A stretch of 64,000 nucleotides of DNA from Nitrosopumilus sp. (GTDB taxonomy: Archaea; Thermoproteota; Nitrososphaeria; Nitrososphaerales; Nitrosopumilaceae). Below, piece by piece: positions 29,356 to 39,131 of the stretch. A model generated the notes under the pieces. That model had not been told where the DNA came from, searched no databases, and saw only the letters and a list, made by a program, of their open reading frames with translations. The position numbers and the translations under genes were made by a program. Location of the stretch: positions 960,001-1,024,000 of the forward strand of contig OZ245040.1 in assembly GCA_965224195.1 (NCBI GenBank), in the 5' to 3' direction. Position 1 is the first letter of the stretch. The number at the start of each line of letters is the position of its first letter.

Positions 29356-30618
29356 TTATTGTTTCCTGGGATTTTTGTAATTGAATTTATTTATTTTAAT
29401 TAATTCAACATATGATCCAAATTGTTTATCCGTAACAGTATCTAGTTTATCTTCTATTTCTTCTCCACCATCGAATTTTTTAAGAATTTCATAATGGGTG
29501 TTTCTTTCAGCAGGAATTCTTCCAATTTCTTTTACCATCCTTCTAATTTCTTTAGGTTTTAGTAACTGACCATATTCTGAACCTGCAGATGTTGAAATGC
29601 TTTCATTGATTAAAGTTCCACCAAAATCATTTGCTCCCCACATGAGTAACAATTGAGACATTTTTTGTCCTTCTTTTACCCATGACATTTGTATATTGTC
29701 AATTGAATTATTCAACATAATTCTTGAAACTGCATGTGTAAGTAAAACGTCATTTCCGCTACCTCCTTGCCTTATTCCTTCATGTAGTCCATGAATGTAC
29801 ATTGGTGCTTCAGTATGAATAAAGTTCAGTGGCACAAATTCTGTAAATCCACCTGTTTCTTTTTGAATCTCTCTTAATTTTACAATATGCTTTACTCTGT
29901 CCTCAAGTGTTTCTACATGTCCAAACATCATAGTTGAGGTTGTGTTAATTCCCATTTTGTGGGCACTTTTGATGACTGTTTCCCAATCCTCTACACTAAT
30001 CCTTCCTGGAGATATTTTGTCTCTTAGTTTTTGATCTAAAATTTCAGCTGATGTACCTGGGAGAGTGTTTACTCCTGCTTCTTTCATTCTTTTCAAAAAT
30101 TCTTCAATTGAAACATTTGAGCGCGTTGCACCATAGAGAATTTCTTCAGGGGAAAATCCGTGAATATGGATATCTGGGATTTCTTTTTTAATGTCTTTGC
30201 AAATTTTTTCATACAAATCCCCCTCCATATCTGGTGGTAGTCCTGCTTGAATGCAAACTTCTGTTGCTCCTAATTGATATGCCTCTTTTGCTCTACGTAC
30301 AATCTCTTCGTTTGGAAGAAAATATCCTTCTTCTTCTCTAAAATCTCTACTAAATGCACAAAAACCACACTGCTTGATACAGACATTTGTAAAATTGATA
30401 TTTCTATTTACCACATATGATACCACGTCTCCTACTTTTCTCTTTCTTAATTCGTCTGCAACAAGCCCAACTAAATGAAATCCAATTCCTTGTGCCTTGA
30501 ATAATTCTAATCCGTCATCTGCAGAAATTTCCTTTTCAGATAATGCATTATTTAGAATTCTTGCTAGTACAGGATCGGCATTTTTGAAAAGTGAATCTAT
30601 GTTAGTAATCATCTCCAA
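29356..30618 (-). CDS. cofH: FO synthase subunit CofH
   Basis: NRNINFTNVCIKQCGFCAF, LPGTSAEIL, IQMSWVKEG and GANDFGGTLINESIS; adjacent to cofG. Confidence 0.93.
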   Translation of the reverse strand: MEMITNIDSLFKNADPVLARILNNALSEKEISADDGLELFKAQGIGFHLVGLVADELRKRKVGDVVSYVVNRNINFTNVCIKQCGFCAFSRDFREEEGYFLPNEEIVRRAKEAYQLGATEVCIQAGLPPDMEGDLYEKICKDIKKEIPDIHIHGFSPEEILYGATRSNVSIEEFLKRMKEAGVNTLPGTSAEILDQKLRDKISPGRISVEDWETVIKSAHKMGINTTSTMMFGHVETLEDRVKHIVKLREIQKETGGFTEFVPLNFIHTEAPMYIHGLHEGIRQGGSGNDVLLTHAVSRIMLNNSIDNIQMSWVKEGQKMSQLLLMWGANDFGGTLINESISTSAGSEYGQLLKPKEIRRMVKEIGRIPAERNTHYEILKKFDGGEEIEDKLDTVTDKQFGSYVELIKINKFNYKNPRKQ

Positions 30619-31778
30619 TACTCCTCTTTTACGAATCCTTCCTCATCTTCAATCACTGATATCTTATCTCTTAACTCTTTGCTAACAAAAGAAAAGTATT
30701 CTGGATATGTTGGGAATCTACATTTCAAATCAAAGCCTGCTTTCTTTGAATATTCATCTACTTTGCTAATTTCTGGCCAAGAAAATTCCGGATTTACAAA
30801 ATCCGGTGTAAGTGGAGATATTCCGCCCCAATCATTTATTCCAATTTTTAAGAAACCCTGATATGATTTTGGAGATAGGTTTGGAGGAATTTGTATATTC
30901 ATTTGTGGCATGATGATTCTTGATAGTGCTACAACTAGTTTGAAGTATCTTTCATCTGCAGATGGTTTATCTTTCATTCTGGTATCTGGCTTTGGTTGAA
31001 AGTTTTGTAAAATCACTTCTTGAATATTTCCGTGTTTATCATTTAGTTGTTTTATTGCAAACAATGAATCAATTATTTCCTCTATTGTCTCCCCAATTCC
31101 TACTAGAATGCCTGTAGTCATTGGGATGCCTATCTTTCCAGAGTTTTCTAAAATTTCTAATCTTGCTTTTGGTCTTTTGCTTGCTGCTAAATGATGCGGC
31201 ATACCTTTTTCTGTTAATCGATCACTAACATTTTCTAGCATTACACCCATTGATACATTAGTTTTCTTCAATTCTTTCATCTCTTCATAATTTAGATTTC
31301 CAGCATTTGTATGTGGGAACAATCCCATCTCTAATGCAATCTCCGAAGAATGAATTAAATATTCTACAGTAGATTTGAAACCGTTTTCTTTTAACCAATC
31401 TCGAGCTTCTTGATATCTTTGTTCTGGTTGTTCTCCTGTAACAAAAAGTGCTTCAACACATTTGTATTTTTTTGCAAGTGTAAGCAATTCAATAATCTGT
31501 TGTTTTGACATCAACGAAAGTTTTGTCTCGCCAAGTTCAGATTTGTAAGTACAGTATGAACAAGTATCTTTACATAGATTCACAATATTGAAAAATGCTT
31601 TTTTAGAAAATGTTACAGAATCTTTTTTGAATTTTTTTCTTAAATTTTGTGAGACTTGAAACAGGTCATCTGGGTTTTTTGTTGCTCTTTGATATATCTC
31701 AATAATATCTTGACGAGAAACTGATTTGTTCTCTAAAATGTTGTTTAAACTCTCTGAATCAAAGACAAGATTGTTCAA
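30609..31778 (-). CDS. cofG: FO synthase subunit CofG
   Basis: LCKDTCSYC, PHTNAG, IQIPPNL and DWGGISPLTPDFVNPE. Confidence 0.95.
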   Translation of the reverse strand: MNNLVFDSESLNNILENKSVSRQDIIEIYQRATKNPDDLFQVSQNLRKKFKKDSVTFSKKAFFNIVNLCKDTCSYCTYKSELGETKLSLMSKQQIIELLTLAKKYKCVEALFVTGEQPEQRYQEARDWLKENGFKSTVEYLIHSSEIALEMGLFPHTNAGNLNYEEMKELKKTNVSMGVMLENVSDRLTEKGMPHHLAASKRPKARLEILENSGKIGIPMTTGILVGIGETIEEIIDSLFAIKQLNDKHGNIQEVILQNFQPKPDTRMKDKPSADERYFKLVVALSRIIMPQMNIQIPPNLSPKSYQGFLKIGINDWGGISPLTPDFVNPEFSWPEISKVDEYSKKAGFDLKCRFPTYPEYFSFVSKELRDKISVIEDEEGFVKEEYWR

Positions 31779-31820
31779 TAGAAGAATTTCTTGTTAGCAA
31801 GTATTTATGCTTGTATTGAT

Positions 31821-32954
31821 TTAATTTCCATTTGGTCTTGCATCTAGTGTAATTGTGACATTTGTAGTCCTTCCATCCCTTAGGATTTCTAAAATCATTT
31901 CATCACCTACTGACTTTGCTCTTTGTAAATGAACTAAGATATCGTCAATTTTTCTAACCTCTTTTCCATCTACTGCTAAAATAATATCTCCACCCATTGG
32001 ATAGTTTACTCCTTTCACCTCGATAGTTTTCTCTGAACCAATCAATCCTGCTTGGAATGCTGGGCTATCTTCTACTACTGTAATCACTAAAAATCCCACT
32101 GCATCTTTTAGATTTAGAACACTTGCCATGTCTGGATCAATGTCTCTACCTGCAATTCCAATCCATGGGTGTTTGTATTCTCCATTTTGAATTAGTGTTG
32201 GAACAATTTTTGCAACAGTTTGTGATGGAATTGAAAATCCAACTCCTGTATTACTTCCTGTTGTAGATTGTATTGCAGTGTTAATTCCAACTATTTCTCC
32301 ACGCATATTCAGTAGTGGTCCACCAGAATTTCCTGGGTTGATTGCAGCATCTGTTTGAATTACATCTGGGATTTGATAGTTTGATTCTGTTGGAAGTAAT
32401 CTACCTAATTGACTAATGATTCCTGAAGTCATAGAGCCTGATAATCCAAACGGATTTCCAATCGCAGCTATTCCTTCTCCGACTTTGAGATTGGATGAAT
32501 CTCCAATGGATAATGGATGTAATAAGGCTAAATCTGCATTGACTTTGATGACTGCAATGTCTGTGTATTGGTCAGTTCCAATAATTTTTGCATTATATGA
32601 TCTACCGTCAAGAAATGTAACTACAACTTTGTTTGCATCTTTTACAACATGTGAATTTGTTATGATGTGCCCTTTCTTGTCAAAAACAAAACCTGAACCC
32701 ACTCCTCCTGCAATTTCTTCTGATTCTCCTCTTTGAACATTGACTCTAACTACTCCTGGTTCTGATTTTTCAAAAATTTCAATTAGTGATAAACTCTTGG
32801 AAACTAATGGAGTTGCATCTACAACTATGTTTGCATCGTTATTACTGATATCCGGTTTCAATGATTCTGGTGGTGAGATAAACAGTACTGCTACAATAGA
32901 TAATACCATTGCTGCTCCTATTGCCCCACCTACAAACATTCCTGATTTGTCCAT
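31821..32954 (-). CDS. htrA: HtrA/DegP-like membrane-anchored serine protease with PDZ domain
   Basis: GSGF, ITNSHV and IQTDAAINPGNSGGPL; C-terminal PDZ. Confidence 0.92.
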   Translation of the reverse strand: MDKSGMFVGGAIGAAMVLSIVAVLFISPPESLKPDISNNDANIVVDATPLVSKSLSLIEIFEKSEPGVVRVNVQRGESEEIAGGVGSGFVFDKKGHIITNSHVVKDANKVVVTFLDGRSYNAKIIGTDQYTDIAVIKVNADLALLHPLSIGDSSNLKVGEGIAAIGNPFGLSGSMTSGIISQLGRLLPTESNYQIPDVIQTDAAINPGNSGGPLLNMRGEIVGINTAIQSTTGSNTGVGFSIPSQTVAKIVPTLIQNGEYKHPWIGIAGRDIDPDMASVLNLKDAVGFLVITVVEDSPAFQAGLIGSEKTIEVKGVNYPMGGDIILAVDGKEVRKIDDILVHLQRAKSVGDEMILEILRDGRTTNVTITLDARPNGN

Positions 32955-32992
32955 GAGATTTTTTATTCCTTATTTTCTATCTAAAAGGCTTG

Positions 32993-34201
32993 CTATACAC
33001 TGATTGAACTTTGAGAATGATCTTTCATTGAATAACTTCTACCTCTCCATGTTATAGCTGATGCTCTTTTAGCTTGTAGTAATCCACTCAAAAATCCTAA
33101 CACTACTACCAAACTTCCAAGTGGTGCAAATATTACATACGCTAGTTTTATCTTTAAACCAATTTTCACTTCTATGATTGCACCAATGTAAATCAAAATT
33201 GAGGCAATTGCAGATGCCATACAAAGTATTTTTGCAGATGTTGTCTCTACTGCTAAAGAAGTTGAAATTGCTAATATTGGAAATGGTACAAACAACAAAA
33301 ATACTATCGCAAAAAATATTCCTATTGCAATTTTTCCACTTTGAAGATACAGTGGCACCATTAGTCTTTTTAGAGCATTCCATAATGTGCCTTTGTCTCT
33401 AGCCCATATGGCATCTACTAAGTGCTCTGCACGCACCATTTTCATTTTATACCCTGCTTCCTTTACTTTTCCCCCTAAAGCCACATCTTCGATAATTTCT
33501 TGCTTGACTTCTTCATGCGTGCCAACTTCTTGGTATGTTGTTTTTTTGAGAATAAAGAAACTCCCAAAAAAATAACCTGTCTTTTTTGCTGGGTTGTTTA
33601 CATTTAGTGCAGAAAATCTAGCATGCAAAAATGTTGAAATCATTGGTAGTGTGATGTTTGTCCAAAAATCAAATGTTAGCATTTTTGGTATTGCTGATAA
33701 TGCATCCAGTCCAAATGAATTCAAGTGAGATACTGCGAGTGTTATGACGTTTTCCGCATGTTTTGTATCTGCATCTGTGAACAATAGTAGTTCCCCTGTT
33801 GCTTTACCATATCCTTCCATACATGCCCAGTTTTTCCCCATCCATCCATCTGGTTTTTTTCTTGCAGAAACTGGGATTATTTTTGGATATTTTTTTGCAT
33901 ATTCTGAAATTATTTCTCCGGTTTTATCTTCTGATGAATCATCAATTACAATGATCTCATAATTTCCATAGTCTTGTTTTACTAACGAATCTAAACATTT
34001 TCCAATAAATCTCTCTTCATTTCTAGCTGGTAAAATTATTGAAACTTTGGGATTTACTTTAGATGTGTTTTCAAATTTATCTAAATATGGAGTAAATCTA
34101 AATGAATCAAGCATTGATTTGAGAAGAAAAATCCATACCCCACAAACCCCGATTAGAATTGCAGTTAATGTATAATTGAAAATATCTAAAATTAATTCCA
34201 T
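32993..34201 (-). CDS. Membrane glycosyltransferase, family 2
   Basis: PARNEE, DDSSED, GWMGKNWAC, FTDAD and IIED. Confidence 0.9.
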   Translation of the reverse strand: MELILDIFNYTLTAILIGVCGVWIFLLKSMLDSFRFTPYLDKFENTSKVNPKVSIILPARNEERFIGKCLDSLVKQDYGNYEIIVIDDSSEDKTGEIISEYAKKYPKIIPVSARKKPDGWMGKNWACMEGYGKATGELLLFTDADTKHAENVITLAVSHLNSFGLDALSAIPKMLTFDFWTNITLPMISTFLHARFSALNVNNPAKKTGYFFGSFFILKKTTYQEVGTHEEVKQEIIEDVALGGKVKEAGYKMKMVRAEHLVDAIWARDKGTLWNALKRLMVPLYLQSGKIAIGIFFAIVFLLFVPFPILAISTSLAVETTSAKILCMASAIASILIYIGAIIEVKIGLKIKLAYVIFAPLGSLVVVLGFLSGLLQAKRASAITWRGRSYSMKDHSQSSISV

Positions 34202-34623
34202 TAAACTTGTCTCTCGATTTCTTCTTTGATGCTTTGCATTGCTTGTTCTGTTCCGCTTTTGATGTGTTTTTTAATAATACCTGTAAACATACCCATCATA
34301 CCTGTCAGTTTGATGTCCCAATATGTTGAAAGTATTATTTTTTCGTTTTTGGTGGTTAATGATACTATTTTCTCACCATCAATTATTCCTTTGGTGAATC
34401 GTGCTTCAATTTTCTCTTTAGGGTAAATTTTTACTTGTTGTAAGCATTTTTGATCTTTAAATGCAATTGTAACTTCTCTATTGATGATGTTTCCTTCTTT
34501 TGAAATATTCTTGACTTCTTTGGTACCTTTCCAAAATTTTGGCTCATTATCTATATCTGAAACAATATCCCACACTTTCTCTATTGATGCATTAATTTCT
34601 ACTTCAACTTGGATTGTAGCCAT
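34201..34623 (-). CDS. SRPBCC/START (cyclase/dehydrase) family protein
   Basis: EINASIEKVWDIVSD..PKFW. Confidence 0.85.
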   Translation of the reverse strand: MATIQVEVEINASIEKVWDIVSDIDNEPKFWKGTKEVKNISKEGNIINREVTIAFKDQKCLQQVKIYPKEKIEARFTKGIIDGEKIVSLTTKNEKIILSTYWDIKLTGMMGMFTGIIKKHIKSGTEQAMQSIKEEIERQV

Positions 34624-34680
34624 AGAATGAAATCAACTATTCCGCATTAAATATATTAGATTCCTACAATGTTTCAAATA

Positions 34681-34759
34681 GACTGTGATCGGTAACATGC
34701 CTAAAATCCGGAACATTAACTCCAGTTCCAATGGCGTTTGCCATTCTTCGGTCACAGTC
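34681..34759. ncRNA. Candidate structured non-coding RNA or cis-regulatory element
   Basis: 11-bp closing stem GACTGTGATCG/CGGTCACAGTC enclosing hairpins GGAAC/GTTCC and AATGGC/GCCATT. Confidence 0.45.
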
Positions 34760-34778
34760 ACTTAAAATTTGAAAAAAA

Positions 34779-34994
34779 ATGAAACCAACAAAATACATGC
34801 CAAAAATTGAAACTTTAGATGGTGCAGGTTTTTGGAAAAATGCATATGCTCATCAACGAGGGAAATTATTAAAAAAAGTCAATGTTCCTGAAGATCAAAT
34901 TGTTGAATTAGTTAACAAAAAGTACATGGAGATTCCTGCAGCATTAAGATATGAAATTGAAACAAGTGGGATTAATAAAAAAGATTTACAATGA
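34779..34994 (+). CDS. Small hypothetical protein
   Basis: 71-aa ORF with FWKNAYAHQRGKLL segment. Confidence 0.65.
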   Translation: MKPTKYMPKIETLDGAGFWKNAYAHQRGKLLKKVNVPEDQIVELVNKKYMEIPAALRYEIETSGINKKDLQ

Positions 34995-35034
34995 AATCCG
35001 AAAATCATTTTAACGGGAGAAATTAGGTTTTATC

Positions 35035-35364
35035 ATGTCTACGATAACTTACGATGATTTTGCAAAGTTGGATATTCGAGTCGCAAAAATTATTGCAACT
35101 GAACCAATTGAAGGTAAATCTAAAATTATCAAAGGTAGAATTGATTTGGGAAATGATGATCAACGTGATGTAATAATTGGAGGAGCGCAATATTATCAAC
35201 CTGAAGATATAGTTGGAAAAACTGTTATTGTAATAGCAAATCTTGAACTAAAAAAAATGGCTGGAGTTAAATCAAATGCCATGTTGTTGGCAGCTGATGT
35301 AGATGACAAGCCTTTCTGGTTAACTGTAACAGAAGATGTTCCTTTAGGAAGCCCAATTAAATAA
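35035..35364 (+). CDS. tRNA-binding OB-fold protein (Trbp111/MetRS C-terminal-like)
   Basis: DFAKLDIRVAKI and ANL..KKMAGV.SNAMLLAA. Confidence 0.9.
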   Translation: MSTITYDDFAKLDIRVAKIIATEPIEGKSKIIKGRIDLGNDDQRDVIIGGAQYYQPEDIVGKTVIVIANLELKKMAGVKSNAMLLAADVDDKPFWLTVTEDVPLGSPIK

Positions 35365-35425
35365 TTTAATTTAAAAATTATTTTTCAAATTAAAATTAAT
35401 AAAAATAGATTTTTGACTTGCAAAA

Positions 35426-35986
35426 TTAATCATAAATCATTAATTCTTTTTCTTCTAGTAATGAGTGTAAATTGTTCACAGAACGATACACATCTTCTTC
35501 ATGTTTAGCTCCTGTACAGACAAGTTTTCCTGATGAGAATAACAAAATGACTGTTTTTGGATCTACCATTCTGTGAATGAGTCCTGGAAATTGTTCAGGT
35601 TCATACATACTTCGTGGTAATGTTCTTGCAGCTTGCTTCAAATGGATTTTTCCACCTAAATTGATAGATGCGACAATATTTTGAATTGTCACCACTGCAT
35701 TTTTTTTGACCTTAATTCCTCCTTTTCGAAGATTCTGCACTACTGTTTTTACTGCCTTTTTCGCCATTTCTTCAGATTTGGAACCAGTACATACCATTTT
35801 ACCTGAAGTGAAAATTAGTGTCGCTGTTTTTGGGGTTTTTAATCTGAACACTAGTCCTGGAAATTGATCCGGATGATATTCCACATCTGGAAATTTCCTA
35901 GTAATGTCATTCAAGTCCATTTTTTGCATTACGTCTGCAGAAGCTACAACATTCTCTACACTCACGATAGGTCTTGTTTGTGGCAT
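35426..35986 (-). CDS. tbp: TATA-box-binding protein
   Basis: Two repeats: NVVAS..YHPDQFPGL..FTSGKMVCTG and NIVAS..YEPEQFPGL..FSSGKLVCTG. Confidence 0.97.
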   Translation of the reverse strand: MPQTRPIVSVENVVASADVMQKMDLNDITRKFPDVEYHPDQFPGLVFRLKTPKTATLIFTSGKMVCTGSKSEEMAKKAVKTVVQNLRKGGIKVKKNAVVTIQNIVASINLGGKIHLKQAARTLPRSMYEPEQFPGLIHRMVDPKTVILLFSSGKLVCTGAKHEEDVYRSVNNLHSLLEEKELMIYD

Positions 35987-36118
35987 ATTCGGTTTTTTGT
36001 CTTTGAACTATAATAAAAGCACTCTCCATTATTTACTTCCAAATACCCCTTTTTCAAATTATTGTGAATTCTGATCTTTGAATTTGAGAACAATGTTTTA
36101 ATTTGGTTCTAAGGGATT

Positions 36119-37249
36119 TTGATTCTAGTGAATTTTACAAATTTTGATTTTGATCAATTGTTTTCGATGAGCGATGACTCTAATCCGATAATGATGTTGG
36201 TATGGATTCTTCCGATAATTCTTTTTGTATTTTATGGGCAACAAATTCAACTATTTGTTACTTCGCGAGAAATTAAAAAAGGGATTAAAAAATTAGAAAA
36301 TTTTAGAGAACAATCTAGAACTGAATTAATTAATTATGTTAAAAATAATTTAAAAGCAAAAGATGATCCTGTAAAAAAAATTGATAAATTTTTGGATTAT
36401 TTCACTATAATGCCTGTGGATATGGATCCTAATGGAATTGTTGACAAAGTTAGACATACAGTAAGATCTAGAGATGATTATACTCGAGAACATGTGAAGT
36501 CACTTTCTCCTGAAATGTCTGATGTTGAATTGACAAAAGTCCAAACTTTGCTTGAGATTGCATCATCACTTCAATTAATTTACAAAATTGTCAATCACAT
36601 GTTCTTAACTGCTAAAAAACAAAACAACTATCCCTTGATTTTACCTCTACAAATGATTCTTCCTTTCATAATGGAGCAGGCAGAGGCAATGAGCGATGCA
36701 ATTTCTGCATTTAAAACAGGTCAACCTGTAGGGGATGGAATCGGTTCAATGGTTGTTGGGAAAATGATGCTAAATAACGAAAAAGAAACTGTTGCTTTAC
36801 AAACATCTCTTGCAAAAATAGATTTTGAAGATAGAAAATTATTTCTTTTAAAAGCTGAAGGTCCTGGTTCAACAGTAGGTAGACCTGCAGATGGTTTAGA
36901 GAAAATTATCTCTGAAAATAAAATTAATGCAATAATTATGATTGATGCTGCATTGAAAATGGAGGGTGAAGATTCTGCATCTATTGCCCAAGGTTTTGGT
37001 GCTGCTATTGGGGGAATTGGAACAGAACGATTTCAAATCGAAGCAGTGGCAACAACTAACAATATCCCAATATTTTCTATTGTAGTAAAACAATCTGTTA
37101 AAGAAGCCATCACTTTGATGACAAAAGATATTGCTGATACTGCAGAAATTGTAAGATTACAAGTAAATGAAATGATTATTGAAAATACCAAACTTGGTCA
37201 ATCAGTTGTAATAATTGGTGTTGGTAATACATCTGGAGTTCCACAATGA
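36119..37249 (+). CDS. DUF1512-family protein
   Basis: PVDMDPNG, PVGDGIG, KAEGPGSTVGRP, DAALKMEGE and GVGNTSGV. Confidence 0.85.
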   Translation: MILVNFTNFDFDQLFSMSDDSNPIMMLVWILPIILFVFYGQQIQLFVTSREIKKGIKKLENFREQSRTELINYVKNNLKAKDDPVKKIDKFLDYFTIMPVDMDPNGIVDKVRHTVRSRDDYTREHVKSLSPEMSDVELTKVQTLLEIASSLQLIYKIVNHMFLTAKKQNNYPLILPLQMILPFIMEQAEAMSDAISAFKTGQPVGDGIGSMVVGKMMLNNEKETVALQTSLAKIDFEDRKLFLLKAEGPGSTVGRPADGLEKIISENKINAIIMIDAALKMEGEDSASIAQGFGAAIGGIGTERFQIEAVATTNNIPIFSIVVKQSVKEAITLMTKDIADTAEIVRLQVNEMIIENTKLGQSVVIIGVGNTSGVPQ

Positions 37250-37428
37250 TTTTCTCCAAGAAAAAAATTACAACTGAATACACTGTAGAACAATGTACAA
37301 AATGTGGTACTTTGACTAAAAGAAAATTCAATAATGGCGATGTCTTGTTTGCAGAACTCTCAAAATGTACTTCTTGTGATGGACTTGCAAGGATTGAGAA
37401 AATTTTTGGTGAAACAATAGAGCAATAA
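37246..37428 (+). CDS. Small zinc-ribbon protein
   Basis: CTKC ... CTSC; overlaps the DUF1512 stop codon. Confidence 0.75.
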   Translation: MIFSKKKITTEYTVEQCTKCGTLTKRKFNNGDVLFAELSKCTSCDGLARIEKIFGETIEQ

Positions 37429-37434
37429 TTTAGA

Positions 37435-37548
37435 TTACTCTGTTTTGTATTTTACATTACATGCTGGACAAAACCATGTTGCAGCTTCCCCTTGCTCTCT
37501 AAACATAAATTCGCCACATTTTGGGCATGCTCTGACTTCTTCACTCAT
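37435..37548 (-). CDS. 37-aa zinc-ribbon microprotein (not in ORF track)
   Basis: MSEEVRACPKCGEFMFREQGEAATWFCPACNVKYKTE; directly downstream of map. Confidence 0.7.
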   Translation of the reverse strand: MSEEVRACPKCGEFMFREQGEAATWFCPACNVKYKTE

Positions 37549-37562
37549 GTTTTCATGCTTTT

Positions 37563-38459
37563 TTATTCGGCCCTGGTTGTTACGGTTACTCCGTTCTCAT
37601 TAGGAATGAATGTGTGTTCTGCTTGTGCTACTTTTTGTTCATTAACTTCGATTAACACAGGATATGCTTGAACTGCTTTTTTCTTTATTAGAAAATCTAA
37701 TAGTTCACGTGCCTCCTTTTCCTCCCATTTTTTTGTTAACCATCTTAGGGCAAATGGCAACATGTTACAATTCTCCCAAATGAAATCAAGTAGTCTGTCT
37801 GCCTCATCATTTTTTGTTTTCTTTCTTGAATTTAATGCAAAAATATTTTTTATATTTCCATTTCTAACAAATCCTCCTGCTTGCTCTGTTGTTACAAATG
37901 GCTCACATGCATAAGCTGAATTCTCTGAAAGTGAAAATCCACCAATTGACCAAATATTTGGAATTGATTTACCTGCATGTATGGTATATTGATCTAATGA
38001 ATGTCCACTAAGATTTGCAATTGGTTTGAAACCCATTTTTTTAATTGTTGTTTCAATAGTTCGCCCAATATCACTTGCTTTCACTCCCGTTTTTATCATT
38101 GACATTGCATTCCCTAATGCTTCTTCAGCTGCTTGAACTAATCCGTCAAACTGTGCATCATAACAAACAGTTACTGCTGTATCTGCAATGTATCCATCAA
38201 TTTGCGCTCCAAGATCAATTTTTACTAAATCTGTATCTTTGATTGTAATTGGATCATTTGGTTCTGCAGTATAGTGAGCTGCAATTTCATTAATACTGGC
38301 ATTTACTGGAAATGCACATTTGGCATCTCTTTTTTTAATTTCATTTTCTACTTCTTCACAAATTTCAAAGACTGTTTTACCTATCCAGTCTTTGGCTCGT
38401 ACCATCTCTCTTACTTCAGCTGCAATTTTACCTGCTTTGATGTATTGCTCTGTTTGCAC
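37563..38459 (-). CDS. map: Methionine aminopeptidase, type II
   Basis: AFPVN..AAHYT, KIDLGAQIDGYIADTA, NLSGH and AQAEHT; GTG start at 38459 (the longer ORF overlaps the tRNA). Confidence 0.95.
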   Translation of the reverse strand: MQTEQYIKAGKIAAEVREMVRAKDWIGKTVFEICEEVENEIKKRDAKCAFPVNASINEIAAHYTAEPNDPITIKDTDLVKIDLGAQIDGYIADTAVTVCYDAQFDGLVQAAEEALGNAMSMIKTGVKASDIGRTIETTIKKMGFKPIANLSGHSLDQYTIHAGKSIPNIWSIGGFSLSENSAYACEPFVTTEQAGGFVRNGNIKNIFALNSRKKTKNDEADRLLDFIWENCNMLPFALRWLTKKWEEKEARELLDFLIKKKAVQAYPVLIEVNEQKVAQAEHTFIPNENGVTVTTRAE

Positions 38460-38531
38460 AATCTCGATCTTGAATTTGCCTTTAAAATGATTATCTGTGA
38501 AGCTTAAATTGGGCAATTTTCTGGTTTTACT

Positions 38532-38608
38532 GGGATCGTGGTCTAGCTTGGTATGATTCTGCGTTTGGGACGCAGAGGTCGCGAATTCAAATTTCGCCGA
38601 TCCCACCA
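38532..38608 (+). tRNA. tRNA-Pro(TGG) with encoded CCA
   Basis: Acceptor stem GGGATCG/CGATCCC + A + CCA; anticodon arm CTGCG-TTTGGGA-CGCAG; T arm GCGAA-TTCAAAT-TTCGC. Confidence 0.92.
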
Positions 38609-38747
38609 TCATCTTCTTATTATCAAATCATATCTATATCCAATTGCCGAGCAATGAGGAAGAGTTAGAGAAATGACTTTGAATGAAGTAAACTAATTGA
38701 GTCTGAGCTCCGGCACGTTTTTATCAATTCTTAGGTTTTTTGTTTTA

Positions 38748-38993
38748 ATGAACTTTGAGAGGCGTGATATCGTTTTGATTGTTGGGATTTTCTTTGTTGT
38801 CCTCGGTATTACTCAATACGTTCCATTTCACTATTCTGCATTGATAGGAGTTGGATTTTATTTTGCAATCAAAATATATGTTGAAAAACGACGAAAATCT
38901 ATTAAAAATACTATTGGAGATGGAATCTGCATGGAATGTGGCTCTAAAATTGTTCAGGCAAAATGTCCCCAATGTGACTATTCTCAAGAATGA
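38748..38993 (+). CDS. Small 2-TM protein with C-terminal zinc ribbon
   Basis: MNFERRD start; CMECG...CPQC. Confidence 0.7.
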   Translation: MNFERRDIVLIVGIFFVVLGITQYVPFHYSALIGVGFYFAIKIYVEKRRKSIKNTIGDGICMECGSKIVQAKCPQCDYSQE

Positions 38994-39131
38994 CTTCTTC
39001 GTACGCCTTATTACTGAAAAATTAAGATAATTTTTGATGGTTTTAAGATCTCTGACTTTAACAATTAGCTCAACTTTTCCTCAATCCCCTTCTAAAATGA
39101 GTCTTTTAGGCAACCAAATTAGGAATTAACA

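Noticed and set aside
38460-38612. N-terminal extension of map in the ORF track
   Set aside because: Overlaps tRNA-Pro on the opposite strand; homology starts at the GTG at 38459. Similar over-extended starts were trimmed for aquaporin, purM and tag.
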